From the NCBI GenBank assembly GCA_964016885.1, contig OZ024747.1, forward strand, positions 78,864,001 through 78,928,000: a stretch of 64,000 nucleotides of DNA, written 5' to 3'. This stretch comes from Eledone cirrhosa. Its lineage: Eukaryota. Every line of letters begins with the position of its first letter. Position 1 is the stretch's first letter. This document shows, one piece after another, positions 1-13,690 of this stretch. Below the pieces are notes generated by a model. It was not told the origin of the DNA. It did not search any database and saw only the letters and a program-made list of their open reading frames with translations. A program made the translations under genes and the position numbers.

Positions 1-314
1 TCTTGATAAATAGTCTGGAGCCTATTTTTAGTCTTTTATCTTATGAATGTGTATGTTAAGGAGTTCAAGACCAAAGGCAGGGAGTGGATGAGGGAAAGAT
101 AATGTGGCCTCAATACAAAAAGGGAAATAGTTCATTTAAATGTTCTCTAACCAACTATAAGCATGGGAAAGGCAAAACAAGCTCATTTCACACTTCTTTT
201 TCTTTAAGACAGTTTCCAGCAGTAAGAAAAAAAAAATGTTTTACTTCCTGTCATTGACACTTGCTTTCATAGAAATACAGATAAAATTTATCCAATTTTT
301 GAGAAACTCTTAGC

Positions 315-515
315 TTAACTCTTAACATCCTGTACCACATAAAACCACATTAGCGAGACAACACTGACTGCATTACATTAAATATTAAACACTTGTTTAC
401 TAATAATTTTCTCAATGATCTATCCACAAGTAAAGATACAAAAAAAAAAACTTTGGTTTACCCAAACCTGTTTTAAATATTTTCTGCTACATCATTATAA
501 AATGTTAAGAGGTAA
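315..515. mobile_element. MITE-like element, family P3 (TIR CTCTTAACATCCT, TTAA-like flanks)
   Basis: Left end ttaa-ctcttaacatcc, right end atgttaagag-gtaa. The internal sequence recurs at about 35551-35771, 48017-48247, 43681-43900, 25970-26192 and 46560-46745. Confidence 0.65.
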
Positions 516-744
516 AAACACAAAAAAATCTTTTCATTTCTCCACTGTTTGAAATCAGCACAAAGAAATATAATTGAAATATTCTCTATTGATATTAAAC
601 CACCTAAAACTACCTTCAGTTCATTGATATGAAAATATTTATTTTAAATTGTTTATATCTATATATCTAAAATCCTTTCCTCATAATTTTATGTCAGAAC
701 CTTTGCTCCAAACACCAACTTAATAATGAAAAGGTTAGTCATAT

Positions 745-1128
745 TACTTAGCTCTTAAGTCTGGCTTGTTCCATCAGGAACATAAGTCAACCCTTCATCT
801 CCATCGCTGTCAGTCAGGGGCAGCTCATTGATATTCATGTCAGGTACGTTGACAGTTTTAGGTGGTTTAATATCAATAGAGAAGGTTCGCCACCAGGTCA
901 TATTTGGTCAGCCTCTTTTCTGTTTGCCTTTGAGGGGGTCCATGTCATCACCGTTTTGGGCTCATAGTGTTCTGGGAGGCAAAGAATGTGACCCGCAAAA
1001 CGGAACCGATGCTCCATGACGATCTCCTGCAGTGCACGCAACTTTGCTCTCTGTAAGATCTCTTCGTTCCTAACCCAATCTCGTTAGTTGACTTTTAGAA
1101 TCTTATGTAGGCACCTTTGATGGCAAGC
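745..1128 (-). mobile_element. RTE-clade LINE, degenerate 3' end
   Basis: The minus strand translates, with stops and frameshifts, to CHQRCLHKILKVN*RDWVRNEEILQRAK...RFRFAGHIL...MTWTP. This matches the RTE post-RT C-terminal pattern (CLRRIL..W.D...N.E...R...R..GH...W.P). It ends in a TAAG-type tail. Confidence 0.8.
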
Positions 1129-1129
1129 A

Positions 1130-1575
1130 ACTGCTTGTGCACTGAATAGATCTTTACACTGTGCAATTGAGCAGTCCATCGAGCTACAAAAGCCACTGGT
1201 GGTCAGCTTCATTGACTTTCAAAAAGCATTTGTCAGTGTGAACAGGGAGTCCCTGTGGAGCATTGTGTTTGTATGGGATTCCACAGAGTTTCATTACCAT
1301 CTTCAAAGGTCTGTACGCCAACTTGAGCTGTTACGTGAGAACCAAATTCAGTAAAACAGAGTTCTTGGACATCATCTCCAGGGTCAGACGAGGTTGTATT
1401 CTCTCTCCTCTGTTGTTCCTACTGGCAGCTGATTTAGTATTGAAAAAGACTGCCGATGGAGCCAGTCGGAGGATCTTGTGGAAAGAGAGATCAAGACTGA
1501 AAGACCTGGATTTTGTCGATGACATCGCCTTGCAAGCTGAGGACAACATGGACCTGTAGGAGCTAACAACCACCC
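1130..1575 (+). mobile_element. RTE-clade LINE reverse-transcriptase fragment (pseudogenised)
   Basis: The plus strand gives IEQSIELQKPLVVSFIDFQKAFVSVNRESLW, then YGIP...VRRGCILSPLLF...DLDFVDDIAL. These correspond to RT motifs DFxKAFD, GVRQGxxLSP and (Y/F)ADD. The frame is disrupted. Confidence 0.88.
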
Positions 1576-4500
1576 TAGGGCATTAAGAGTTAATAGACAA
1601 ATTAATCTGATATAAGATGAAAGGCAAAAGCTGAGCACTAACTGTGAAGCAGAGTATCTAGACCAGCTCTCTATGTTCAGTGCCATTACCACTAAACTTT
1701 AACAATGAATTATGAGATAAGCATAAAATCTGAATTTAAAAAAAAGGCAAGAATCATGTTGAAGAACATCATCCTCATTTTATGACCCTTTTCCATGCTG
1801 GCATGGGTTTAATAGGTTACCACTGTCCAGAACTAGAAGGTTTGGAGAGCCTATGTCTTGCTCGTACATTCCACATTCTGGCATGGTTTCTACAATTGAA
1901 TGCCCTTCCCAATGCCAACTACTTTATAGTGCATTTTATTGTGATACCAGTGCCAAAGAGAGGTTGTTTTGTACCAAGGTAGCGGAAGAATCAGCTCTAC
2001 CATTTATTGTCTCCATTCAATTGCCAACCACTTTACAGAGTATAGTACATCATCATCATCTAATGCCTGTTTTCCCTGCGAGCAACAGCTGGCTATACTT
2101 ACAATAAAAATATTTATGAAGAGGTCCTTCCTTTGGAAAGAGTATGCATCATCAATAAACCAAGGTGTCTTACTGATAAAACTTTATCAACTTAATGGAA
2201 TAAAATGATAACTCTAATAGAATAATGAATATAAGATATACCAACCTTACCAAAGCAGTATCTTTTTACCAATTCATCCATACTAATAAATAAACCAACA
2301 AACAACATTTCCTATTGATGGTTGACTAAAGGGCAGAGATTTGGCAGAATCATTAGTCAGACAAATGTTTTGTAGAATTTGTTCCGGTTCTTTAACATTC
2401 TCTGTACAAATCCTGTTGGGGGGAAGGGTGGAGGGGTCAACAAATAAAATACCAGTCAAGTAATGGGTCAGATTTAAATCAACCCCCCCCCCCCCTTCCA
2501 CCAGATTGCTGGCCGTGTGTCTAAATTAGAAACCATTATTAATGGTTGACTAAACCAGAATAAATCATTAACAAATGGGTGTGCACGTACGTGCATGCAC
2601 ATGCCTGTAATCTGGTTTTCTATAATCAATTATCCCTTAAAAATGTCATTTGGGATTATGAATGATTCTTGTTTATCACTGAAAATATATTCCATAAGAT
2701 AGCTTAATTATTTCAGTCTTATCTCCAAACATACAAATAGACTGCAATTACGAAATAACTAAGTAAATTAGTAGTGAAAATGCAGATATAAACGAAGATT
2801 TCTGCAGTTGAGAGGGCTACTGCTTATATAAATAGCATATTTATTGCCTGAACATAAATTCTCCATACATTGTGTGTGAGGGGATATATGTGCATTATTT
2901 ATATTTATATATATATATATATATATACAATGCACATACATCCCTATACAGTCATATTATTTGGCAATATATTTACATGTATGTATGCGCAAGCTAAAAA
3001 CAAAACAAAAATGACAATAATAAGGAATATATAAAAAGGAAATGAAAATGAAAACAAAGAAAATGTAGATAATTTCCTCAATATATTATTGAAGAATTGG
3101 AATAAAGAACCCATATATCTATCAGCAATAAAAATGAACACCATACCAAAAAAACAAGGTTGACCAACTAAACCAATAAGTAACTTTAAAAAAAACTAAA
3201 CTATTAATATGAATATCTGCATATCATTGTATATGTGTGTGTGTATACATATATCATCATCATCATCGTTTAACATCTATCTTCCACGCTAGCATGGGTT
3301 AGACGGGAATTGTCCCACTTGAGGCAAAATTAGTCGGGTGACTGTGTCTTGCTCGTATAGGACTATCTAGCAGGTTTTCTATCGCTGGATGCCCTTCCTA
3401 ACACCAACTACGTTTACAGTGTGGACTGGGAACTTTTTACCGTGTTACCTACATGGCCACATTACAGCGTGGACTGTGTGTTTTTTTTTTTTGTCGTGAT
3501 ACCTACATGACCTCATTAGTTTGGATTGGATATTGTGGTACCAACATAACTTTACAGAAGAATGGACATTAAATGATGATCATGATGGTGTGTGTACTCT
3601 GTGTCCATGTTTATACAGGTTAAGCAATGTTGAGTTTTGTGTTTATGTTGCATTCCTTAAAGTTCTCTGACTTAGCAGTTTGACAAAAGTTTGCTAAAAT
3701 AAGTAGCTGTCTGGAATATGAACAAATAGAATCCTTGAAGATTGTGCTCCAGCAAGGCCACAATTTGATGACCAAAACCATTAAAAGACAAAAAAAAAAA
3801 AAAAGATATGTAATGTTCTTCAATGAAGAACCAAGTAACTTATCTTTTATCAGTATGCAAATATATATATATATATGTTGTTTTTTTTGTAGACATACAT
3901 ATCACATTATCATTTCATCTCTATTCACGTAATAAATGAATGAATGAATGGTAGAGTTGATATCTAACAACACAATTGAGAGATTAACAAATTGTGCGCG
4001 CGAACGTGTGAACAAATTGTGTGCGCGAGCACACACACACACACGTGTACGTGTGCGTGTGTGTGTACTGCTCCAAGCCTTTGCCAGGACGTGCAAATCC
4101 TGTGGCCATTCCTTATGTCTGCAACACACCAGTTTAATATGCACAGATCAGTACCTTACTTTAAAACCTTTGATACTAAACCACCTTAGAATGTTCTTGG
4201 CATCTGGTTTTAAAATGTTTATATCTAAATTATAATCAAAACACCAGGTGAATAATGAGAAAGTTAATTATATTACTAAATCCTACAAATTCTCAATTAT
4301 TTTCAAAATTGTTTGAAACTCATAGCTAGTGTCTCATTAGAAATATGGTAATAATAGAGTTTATGTTAGGAAGAGCCCCCAGCTCGAGAATACAGCCTCA
4401 AAATAAGTCTCACTCAACTCATGTTACATAAAAACAAGATGATGATGATGATTGCAAGAATACAATTAAAAATAAAATAAAATCTGCCAATACCAGAGTA

Positions 4501-4632
4501 TGCAAATATCATACGAAGCTGCATTCTTTATGGATCTTGCTTATTGCTATAACGTGTTTAGATTAAACACTATGTTAATTTTGTCTTCCACTTAAAATCA
4601 AATAAATAGTGTGGAAACACATTGCAAGTGTA

Positions 4633-4930
4633 TTATTCTTTTACTGTTTTCAGTCATTAGACTGCGGCCATGCTGAAGCAACAGCTTAAAAGGATTTAGT
4701 TAATCATATCCACCCTAGCACTTCTTTTTTCAATCCCTTTTTCTCAAACAGCTTGGTTACAGGAAATCAACACAGACACACAAATATACATTGGGCTTCT
4801 GCAGTTTCTATCCACCAACTTCACTCACAAAGCATTGGTGAATCCAGTGTTACAATAAAAGAAACTTACCCAAGGTGTTATGCAGCAAGAGTGAACCTAA
4901 AACATTCTTTAACAAAACTATCATGCCTGA
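4633..4930 (-). mobile_element. SINE family S3 (microsatellite-bearing), degenerate copy
   Basis: tattcttttactgttttcagtcattagactgcggccatgc...gggcttctgcagtttc is shared with copies at 55973-56380, about 40000-40550 and 60363-63165. An oppositely oriented fragment lies at about 5020-5226. Confidence 0.6.
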
Positions 4931-6885
4931 ACTTATATCTGACAGGTCTTTTCCCCACTCCATAAAATTTTAACAGTGTAGAACTCTGAGAAATAGAAAA
5001 GAATCCCTTTTGTGGTATTAAACTGAAATACATATCAGAAGATGGAAACTGGGTGGAAGTACCCATAGCCATGCTTATGTCTTTTAACTTAGTTGTTCCA
5101 CCAATAAGAATCAATAAAAATAAGTACAGACTTTGAATAAGAACTGAAGTTGATATGATAGACTTAATCCCTTCATGGCAGAGCCCCAAATAGTCACTGT
5201 CTAATGGCTGAAAAAAGTAAAAGTATACTCTGCATCCTAGGCAGCCTACAGCACAAATGTAAACTTTATTGCCTCCACTATCATCATCAACATTATCAAA
5301 AGCAGTTTCAAATTTAATCTACTCTCAAATAAAACTGGTATATTTTACTTTTAACTACACAAAGATTCCTTTTTAACTCTCTCAGGTCTTCTTCATTGTT
5401 AATGATTGAAAGAGGGGGGGGGGGCTGTGTCAGATATAACTAACTTGAGTAATATTACTGTGTAAACCAATAAGGTCCATCTAACAAATGACACTATTCT
5501 ATCTTTAAAACCAGAAACCCTAAAAATACTTTATTCAGCAATAAAAATTGTTGATATAAGAGCTCTTCTATATTTGCTTGAACATATAAATAGTATTTTG
5601 AAGGATTGCAGTAGAATAGATTTTAACACTCCCACTACCGCCTCTACCACCACCTCAGCCCTGTTTGGCTTTATAAAGAAACACCATGTTTGTTTGTTAT
5701 TTTTGTTTTACTTTGTAATTTTTGGTTTTAAAAGCAAGGCATTAAACAGTTTAAATAAATAAGAGACATATAACAAATACATGTACACAGCCTCCCCTAA
5801 CACCACCACCACACACGCAAGCAAACAATCATACACCTAACTTGAAATAGAATCATTCTTGAAAAGGGGAAAAAAAACCATTACAAGAAAAGCTATATTT
5901 AGTTAATTAATAGATGCAACAAACCACATGGAAGTGGTACAAAGTTGCATTACACACTCATGGCGCCAAAGCCTTGATTTTATCACTCAGAAAAGGGAAA
6001 AGAAATAAAATAATAAATAAACTAAGCAAAATTAATAAAAATAAAATAAAATCCCTTTCTTGTTTGTTTTCTGTTTCCCAATTAAAAAAAACAGAAGTGA
6101 AAACAACATTAAATAAGTCAAACAATACTCTTTTACTGCACAGTTCCTTTCATACAGATTTTTTTTTTCTTTCAAGACCAAACTAAACAAATAATAAAAT
6201 CTAATTTTTTTTTTTTTTTTCAATATATTTCATGTAAAAAATAAACAATTATGTTTACTTTATTTTCATGAAACAAACAAATCAACCAAGGGTGAATTTT
6301 AATTCCCCAAACAAATTGAAACTTCTCTTCAAACACTATTTCAATAAACATCAATTTTTACCATCACACAATATCTAAATTTCTGACATAAAAATTAAAA
6401 AAATGTTAAGCTATGAAAAAAAATAAAGATAAAACTATTTCTTTTTAAACAGTGTATCTGTCTCTATGTTGATGTACAAACAAGTTGTGTAGAAGGAAGA
6501 TCAGTATCAAGAGATATAGTTGTGTTGGCATGGAGTGCAGTGGCTTGTAAACGACAGGCCACTCAGAAATGACAGCAACATTTGTGAGGGGGACACAATT
6601 AGGTTTCTGCAGCAAAACATGTCATTTCTGATTTGGTTTCTGTAGTTATAAGAGAAGATACTATTAATTTTGTAAGCTGATGTCATACAATTTAATGGAC
6701 AACAAAACATCATATATATAAACACATACTTCACTTCACTTAAATATATATACACACACACACATGCACGCTAACATGCATACACACACATACAAGCACA
6801 TGTACAAGAGATAGCTGATGATAAAGATATGTCTCCCATGCTCTCAGATTTTGATTTATGTATATTTTTGTCCTAGCTTGCCTTG

Positions 6886-6887
<2 letters not shown>

Positions 6888-6941
<54 letters not shown>
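6888..6941. repeat. (TA)n microsatellite
   Basis: Read directly from the sequence. Confidence 0.95.
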
Positions 6942-6943
<2 letters not shown>

Positions 6944-7274
6944 ATATACAACCCCAGTAACATATATCATCACCACTTCTCATTAATTAGAGCCCACCAC
7001 CTTTTGCTCTGAATGCAAATGAGCTTCATCACCCAGTGTTCATAAGCATAAATACTATAAGCTTTTAGCTTATTTTCGTCTTAGCATCCAAGTGGATTTA
7101 GCTCCTTTGAAGACAGTTAACGGACCAGAAACAGCCATTAGGGTGCTCTCCCTTGGTTACTAAAGACCAGTGGTGAAATCCACCACTTCTAAAATTCATA
7201 ACACGGTTATAAAAATGTTTATTTACTTGATTCAATATACAACCCCAGTCGTGTGTGTGCATGTGCGCGCATGC

Positions 7275-7585
7275 ACATGACTTAGCGATAAGAGCATTTG
7301 GCTTCCAATTGTGAAGTTGTGAGTCTGATCCTTGACTGGGTGATGTGTTGTGTCCTAGAGCAAGACACTATATTTCACATTGCTCCAATTCACTCAGCTG
7401 TAGAAATGAGTTGCAATGTCACTGGTGCCAAGCTGTATCGGCCATTACCTTTCCCTTGGACAACATTGGTGGTGTGGAGAGGAGAGGCTGGTATGTATGG
7501 GTGACTGCTGGTCTTCCATAATCAACCTTGCCTGGGCTTGTACTTTGGAGGACAACTTTCTAGGAGCAAACTCCATGGCCATCGT
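7275..7585 (+). mobile_element. tRNA-derived SINE with CORE-like centre (S2-type head, alternative tail)
   Basis: Degenerate A box (tgacttagcgataagagca) and central gagcaagacactatatttcacattgctccaattcactcagctgtagaaatgag. The tail is shared with the minus-strand fragment at about 24655-24872. Confidence 0.7.
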
Positions 7586-7590
7586 GTGTG

Positions 7591-7700
<110 letters not shown>

Positions 7701-9693
7701 GAGTTGTTTTTTTTAGATATATTTGCCAATATGGCTATACAAACACAAAAAAATACATTAGGTATGTGCTACTTGAATGAGTAACCAATGAATGGGTGAC
7801 CAATAACCCTACTTATCCAGATACTTTCAGCATTTCAACAACTATATTTGATGCCTTCATATCCCGCACTTTCAACCATATAGTTGTCAACTTCAAGTAG
7901 ATCAAACTTCTGTTGGGTCTATTTGGAATAGACCCTTACTCTCAACATTCAAAAACACACCATAGTAGCATTTCCAGGCTTCTTTCTTTTCAGCATCATT
8001 AAGACAAGTGTACTGCTATCATTCTGAATACAATTCTCCCTAATTATAAATTCATTATCTTTTGCAATCCAGAACACCTCATGCCTCTGATCCTTACATT
8101 GTAAAATATATGCAAACCTCTTATTTTTGGTTTCTCTTCTTGCTAAGTATACCTGTTGTCTAGCTTATAGGTTTTATGTTACCCTGTCTTCCAAAACATA
8201 TTTCTAAAAAACACACAACCTATGATTTTCTATTAATTTTAAAATATATTTTATAAAAAATTTGGACGTAATATAACTAATTTCTTCATTTTTAAGCTGG
8301 TATTCTAAACATAACAAAAACTTCTTGCATAAATTGATGATGGAAATTTTAAATTCATAGCTTTTATGACTACAGTATTGCTTACTGTGAAAGACAAATC
8401 TAAGATAGAAGAGAATGCCAAATGTGTTTGCCATATTCTGCAAATTTAAATATATGTAGCAATAAATTTCTAACAAAACTCGATTAACCCTTTCATTTCT
8501 ATATTTCTAATAAAATACACAGCCTATAATTTTCTATTAATTTTGAAAAATAGTAAAAAAAAAATAGTAAAAAAATTGGATTGTTGTAATATAACTAATT
8601 TCTTCATCTTTAAACTGGTATTTTAAACATAAAAATGTCATGCATAAAATGATGGTTAAAGTTTTAAATTTAAATATGAACACTAAAATAAACAGCTCTG
8701 TATCATAGAACCAGGGTGGTTTCCAACAGATTGATATCATTCTCTTAATCAACACAGGCATTACAAAACTTGATAACCCTAGAGCTATATTTTCTTTAAG
8801 AAGAAGTTTGAAAATCTCAATCAGTTAATTTTTTTCATATCTTGGCTGTCAAAGGTAACATTCCAATCTAAAGTTTCTAGATCTAATTATTGATTTTGTT
8901 GAGTAGAGCCCAAATGAAAACTGTTTCAAAACATCACCAAAAGAAAAGAGAAACGTATATCATAAACATGATAATTGAATATGTACACAACAAGCACACA
9001 TATACTGTTTCATTTATAAGTCAATGGCTCACCATATTTCACAGTAAAAACTAGGTGTTCTCTTACTTCAGAAGATACATCAACCACTGGAAATGTTTCC
9101 CTTAAAGTTTATTTGTTCATAGCTGACATATTCTCTTTGTTAATAATGTCTCTGTTAACTTTCTTCTTTCATGATTTATTGCTAAACACCTCCAAGTGTA
9201 AATATGTGAATTCTTTGCGTACATGTTTTACAGCTGGATGCGCTTCTTACTGCTAATTATTCAATCATGATGTAGGACTGGTAATGAAGTGTTTAGTTTG
9301 GTGGGGTAGATTTAGTTACGCAAAGTAATGTTCCTGCTTGCTTCGGGACAAAGTTTGAACACATGTCAAGTGTGTTTTAATCACTTTCTACTTTCACCCA
9401 TACTTTCATTCTAATTTCTATGACAAAATCTTATTTGCAAACAAAAAAATAAAAATGAAGCTTAAAGCAGGTATGTACATACTAGAACAACACAAATATT
9501 GAGTGGTTAAAGTACATCTTGTCTCAGTATCTGATTTGACAATCTGAACTAATGTGAGCAACCAACCAAAAGAAATGTTTGTTTGACATCAAATGATATT
9601 CTTAGATTGCTGTGAATGACGCCAGGCAGAGAGCCAAAAGAGATTAGTTTAAAACAGCAGACAAATAAGTAACAATTTACTACTGATAGTAAG

Positions 9694-9731
9694 TCACTCT
9701 GCAATGTCAAGCAGACCATTACTAACACCAC
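9694..9731 (-). CDS. Candidate terminal coding exon of an unidentified minus-strand gene ((G)GVSNGLLDIAE*)
   Basis: Acceptor tttactctttgcttaatttgcctctag|GT with a branch-like CTTAAT. The phase-1 start fits the phase-1 end of exon 14646-14708. TGA at 9694-9696. Supported by splice signals only. Confidence 0.3.
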
Positions 9732-11472
9732 CTAGAGGCAAATTAAGCAAAGAGTAAATCTCACAAGTCTACTCAAACTGCCAATAGACACACACACACA
9801 CAAATCACACCATACAAGTTTGTATTCAAGCACAAGCACAAAAAAATAATAAACACACATACAGGAAATATATTAGTCAAACACACACATACAGTCATGC
9901 AAACTATAACCAAAGATATAAGAATTTAGTTGTGTGTGACATTTTGTTAGCATTTCATGAAAATATATTTCCTCGTAAAGACATAAGATGACATATTTTT
10001 GCACTGGTACTAAACAGGCAACGGTTTTATGAGAATTTCATATCTGCAAAATTCATTGCTAAGGACATCACTGGTGTACAAGATTATTCTGCATAATAGA
10101 GAATACAGTACTGTCAACATAAATATCAATTACTGGTATTCTTTGACAGTAATGGGAATTTCTATCCTTTCTGCAGTTCTTTGTTTACATTACACAGAAA
10201 TATTTTCATACAGATATAAAAAGCTATGACAAACAAAACAAAAATGAGTATGACAACAGACAGTGAAAAAGATAAAATAAATTTAAAAAAAAAAAAAGGA
10301 ATCATAAGATCACATGTTCAAAGCTATTCACAGTATGTTGTCCAGCTCCAGCTCGCAAGAAGGCATTACTTGACTTGTCTCAGTTAAACTAGTTTAAAAA
10401 TAGTTCCCACCTATGAGAATGGTTGCTCAACCTGCTAGAAATAGTATCTAAATCTCCCGGGAATCACACTCTAGTATCTCTAAAAATAAAAAAAATATAT
10501 AACAAAAGATTAATGTAGTTCTAGATGCAGTGTGAAAAAAAAATAAAAGCCAAGATGGTCATGGCTGGAGCTCCTTTATCAGGGTTGATATGAGGCTTAA
10601 CAACAACAACTACATCTAACTGCAGCTGCAAAAACATTTCTTGTAAGAATTCATATATGAAGGGAAAACAACCTTATGTTAGGAACAAGAGTCATAAAAG
10701 ATGAAACTGTTTTCATGTTTTATTAGGTCTCATCATTCAAGCAGTGACATCAACCAATAGTTGAGCAGAGAAACTTGTTTCTTAACACCATTAACATCAT
10801 CTTTTTACATTCATTTTCTATGTTAGCGTAGGTTGGACAGATCATTATGATCCCAGATTAAACTGGTTGGAGAATCATGCCTTGTTTATATGTTCCATAT
10901 TTGACATGGTTTGTCAAATGCCAAACCTCTTTACAGAGTGTACTGAGTGCTAGTGCCACAATAAAATACACCCAGTACATTCTGTAACATCATTCACATT
11001 AGGAAGGGTATCCAGCCAAAGAAACCAAACCAAAAATGGGACTATGAGTAACATATGGCAACACATCCAACTCATGTCAGCATGGAAAATAGTTGTAAAA
11101 TGATGATATAGTACAATTATTCAAGTCATGTAGATGTGTCAACTCCAGTGGTTTGTCCACATTGTTTGCCAATGAGAGACATCTAAGGTCCACTAAGGAT
11201 TTAAGTGAAATGTCCTAAATCTGAAGAAATAGCATGGCAATATCTGGGAGGAACTGAAAATGTTGTTTTAACATGTGAACAACTGGCAGAGAATCAGAAC
11301 TAATGGAAGCAACACATACATATTGGCCTGAAAAGGAGCTGAATAACTATACACATAAATCATTATCAACATAATCATATACATAATATATGTAGTCCTT
11401 ATAGCTATTTTATACATTCACATGAAATAAAGTGTCTTTTCAAATTAATTCTATCATTAGAAGCAAACACAC

Positions 11473-11866
11473 ATACACTCATTCCTCACACTGTAATACA
11501 CTCATTCCTCACACTGTAATACACTCATTCCTCACACTGTAATACACTCATTCCTCACACTGTAATACACTCATTCCTCACACTGTAATACACTCATTCC
11601 TCACACTGTAATACACTCATTCCTCACACTGTAATACACTCATTCCTCACACTGTAATACACTCATTCCTCACACTGTAATACACTCATTCCTCACACTG
11701 TAATACACTCATTCCTCACACTGTAATACACTCATTGCTCACACTGTAATACACTCATTCCTCACACTGTAATACACTCATTCCTCACACTGTAATACAC
11801 TCATTCCTCACACTGTAATACACTCATTCCTCACACTGTAATACACTCATTCCTCACACTGTAATA
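11473..11866. repeat. 23-bp minisatellite (ACACTCATTCCTCACACTGTAAT), about 17 copies
   Basis: Near-identical tandem units with one C>G variant near 11737 and no spacers. Confidence 0.95.
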
Positions 11867-12139
11867 AAACTGAGTGATGGTAAAACGACTTCTACCTTCT
11901 TCTGAGAATATATAATTCATTCTGGAGCTGAACTGATGCCAAATCGGATTAATATCATTACACATCAGTATGTACATTGAACTTGAAAGGCAATGGAAAT
12001 TGTGCCTGAATTGACTGAATTCCATGCATTAAATTAGTGTTTTTATAATGAATTGGAAATCATTTACTTTCTATATTTAATCATTGATATCTGAAACTTC
12101 AGTCTAGGTAGTCACTACCAAGCAAGATGGTACATCCCT

Positions 12140-12174
<35 letters not shown>

Positions 12175-12182
<8 letters not shown>

Positions 12183-12670
12183 TCATTTTACGTCCGCTTT
12201 TCCCTGCTTGCAAGGGTGGGACGGGAACTGATTCTGGCTTGATTTCTACAGCTGGATGCCCTTCCTAACACCAACCTCATTTACAGTGAGTGCTGGGTGC
12301 TATTTTGCCGTGGCACCTCCACGACCACTTTGCAGTGGAATGATAGGGACCCCAGTTCCTATCATCTCATTTCTACAGCTGAGTAAACTGGAGCAATGTG
12401 AAATAAAGTGTCTTGTTTCCTTGAGCAAGACACTTTATTTCACATTGCTCCAGTTTACTCAGCTGTAGAAATGAGAAGATAGGGACAGGGAGTCCATATC
12501 ATTCCACTGCAAAGTAGTCGTGGAGGTGCCACGGCAAAATAGCACCCAGCACTCACTGTAAATGAGGTTGGTGTTAGGAAGGGCATCCAGCTGTAGAAAT
12601 CAAGCCAGAATCAGTTCCCGTCCCACCCTTGCAAGCAGGGAAAAGCAGACACAAAATGATAATGATATAT
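12175..12670. repeat. About 495-bp palindrome made of two inverted, head-less S2 SINE halves
   Basis: Arms 12175-12415 and 12426-12670 are reverse complements with roughly a dozen mismatches. The loop is 10 nt (tttccttgag). Confidence 0.92.
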
Positions 12671-12731
12671 TTGTGTGTGTGTGTGTGTGTGCGCGCACGC
12701 ATACATGTATGCGTGCATATATTATATATCT

Positions 12732-12764
<33 letters not shown>

Positions 12765-13497
12765 GTTGGTTGAAGTTTGAAACCTTAGGTAGCATGCATG
12801 CAATTGTGTTGAGATTGTGAAACTTTACAGTAAACTAAAGTAAAGACTTTAATGTGATGTAGTCACTTCCTGATAGCAGGCTTTAGTTGTTTCTTTAGAA
12901 GGATCTTATCTTAATTTATGGAAATGTCACAGAATATCCCATTTGTAAGAAAAGCAACTTTTTCTGCCCCCAATTACTGTCTTCTCAGATTCACTCCAAA
13001 CAGCTCAACCCTTTTGGTACCAAAATGCCTAAACTCACTCTTTGTTCTATAATATAAAACTGTTTCATTATAATTTTAACTAACAAAGGTTCTTACATAG
13101 AATTGTGATAGGTTGGGGGGGGGGGGGGGGGTTTAGATAAATATAAATTTTAAAAGAAATAGCTTTGTATCATAGAATCCGGAGAAATTTCAGAAAAAAA
13201 AAATGAATATTTTTTTTTTAATATCAACTGGAATTGGATGCTTCTGTAATTCTGCTATATTTGATCAATAAGATAACAGGAAGACAGCTGCAGCTTGCAG
13301 AGCACTATCTGAGAAACCTAGAATTGCCTGTCAACTAAATCATCACCTGGGAACTAACCCATATGAAGATGTGTGAGTTCTTCTAAAACCATGATCAAAG
13401 CCTTGAATAAGGATAGCAGAGCTGTGATTACTGATAAACTTAGAACACTGAGATGGAAAGGAATAACTAGTACATCCATCATCATGCTCAACAATAA

Positions 13498-13690
13498 CCC
13501 TTTAGCATTTAAACCACCCTCTTTCTGTTCAAACTGGCTGTAACTGGTCATAACTGGCCACTCATATTGATGTGAAGGTTTTGTTATCAAAATCTCGTAG
13601 AATCGATATTATGTGAGATAATTATGTAAGATAAAGCCTTTACCACAGAAAATACAATAATAAATATAAAGTAATGTAAATGCTAAAGGG
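13498..13690. mobile_element. piggyBac-like MITE, family P1
   Basis: TIR ccctttagcattt...aaatgctaaaggg with ATAA/TTAA flanks. Five copies occur in the window. Confidence 0.8.

Noticed and set aside
8195-8720. About 300-bp local duplication
   Set aside because: It consists of two adjacent degenerate P2 MITE copies, which is ordinary.
11473-11866. CRISPR-like periodicity (23-bp repeat)
   Set aside because: The units are contiguous with no unique spacers, there are no cas genes, and the context is eukaryotic.
13359-13382. 24-nt phase 1-1 microexon candidate (ELTHLHM)
   Set aside because: The acceptor is weak and there is no independent support; such matches are expected by chance.
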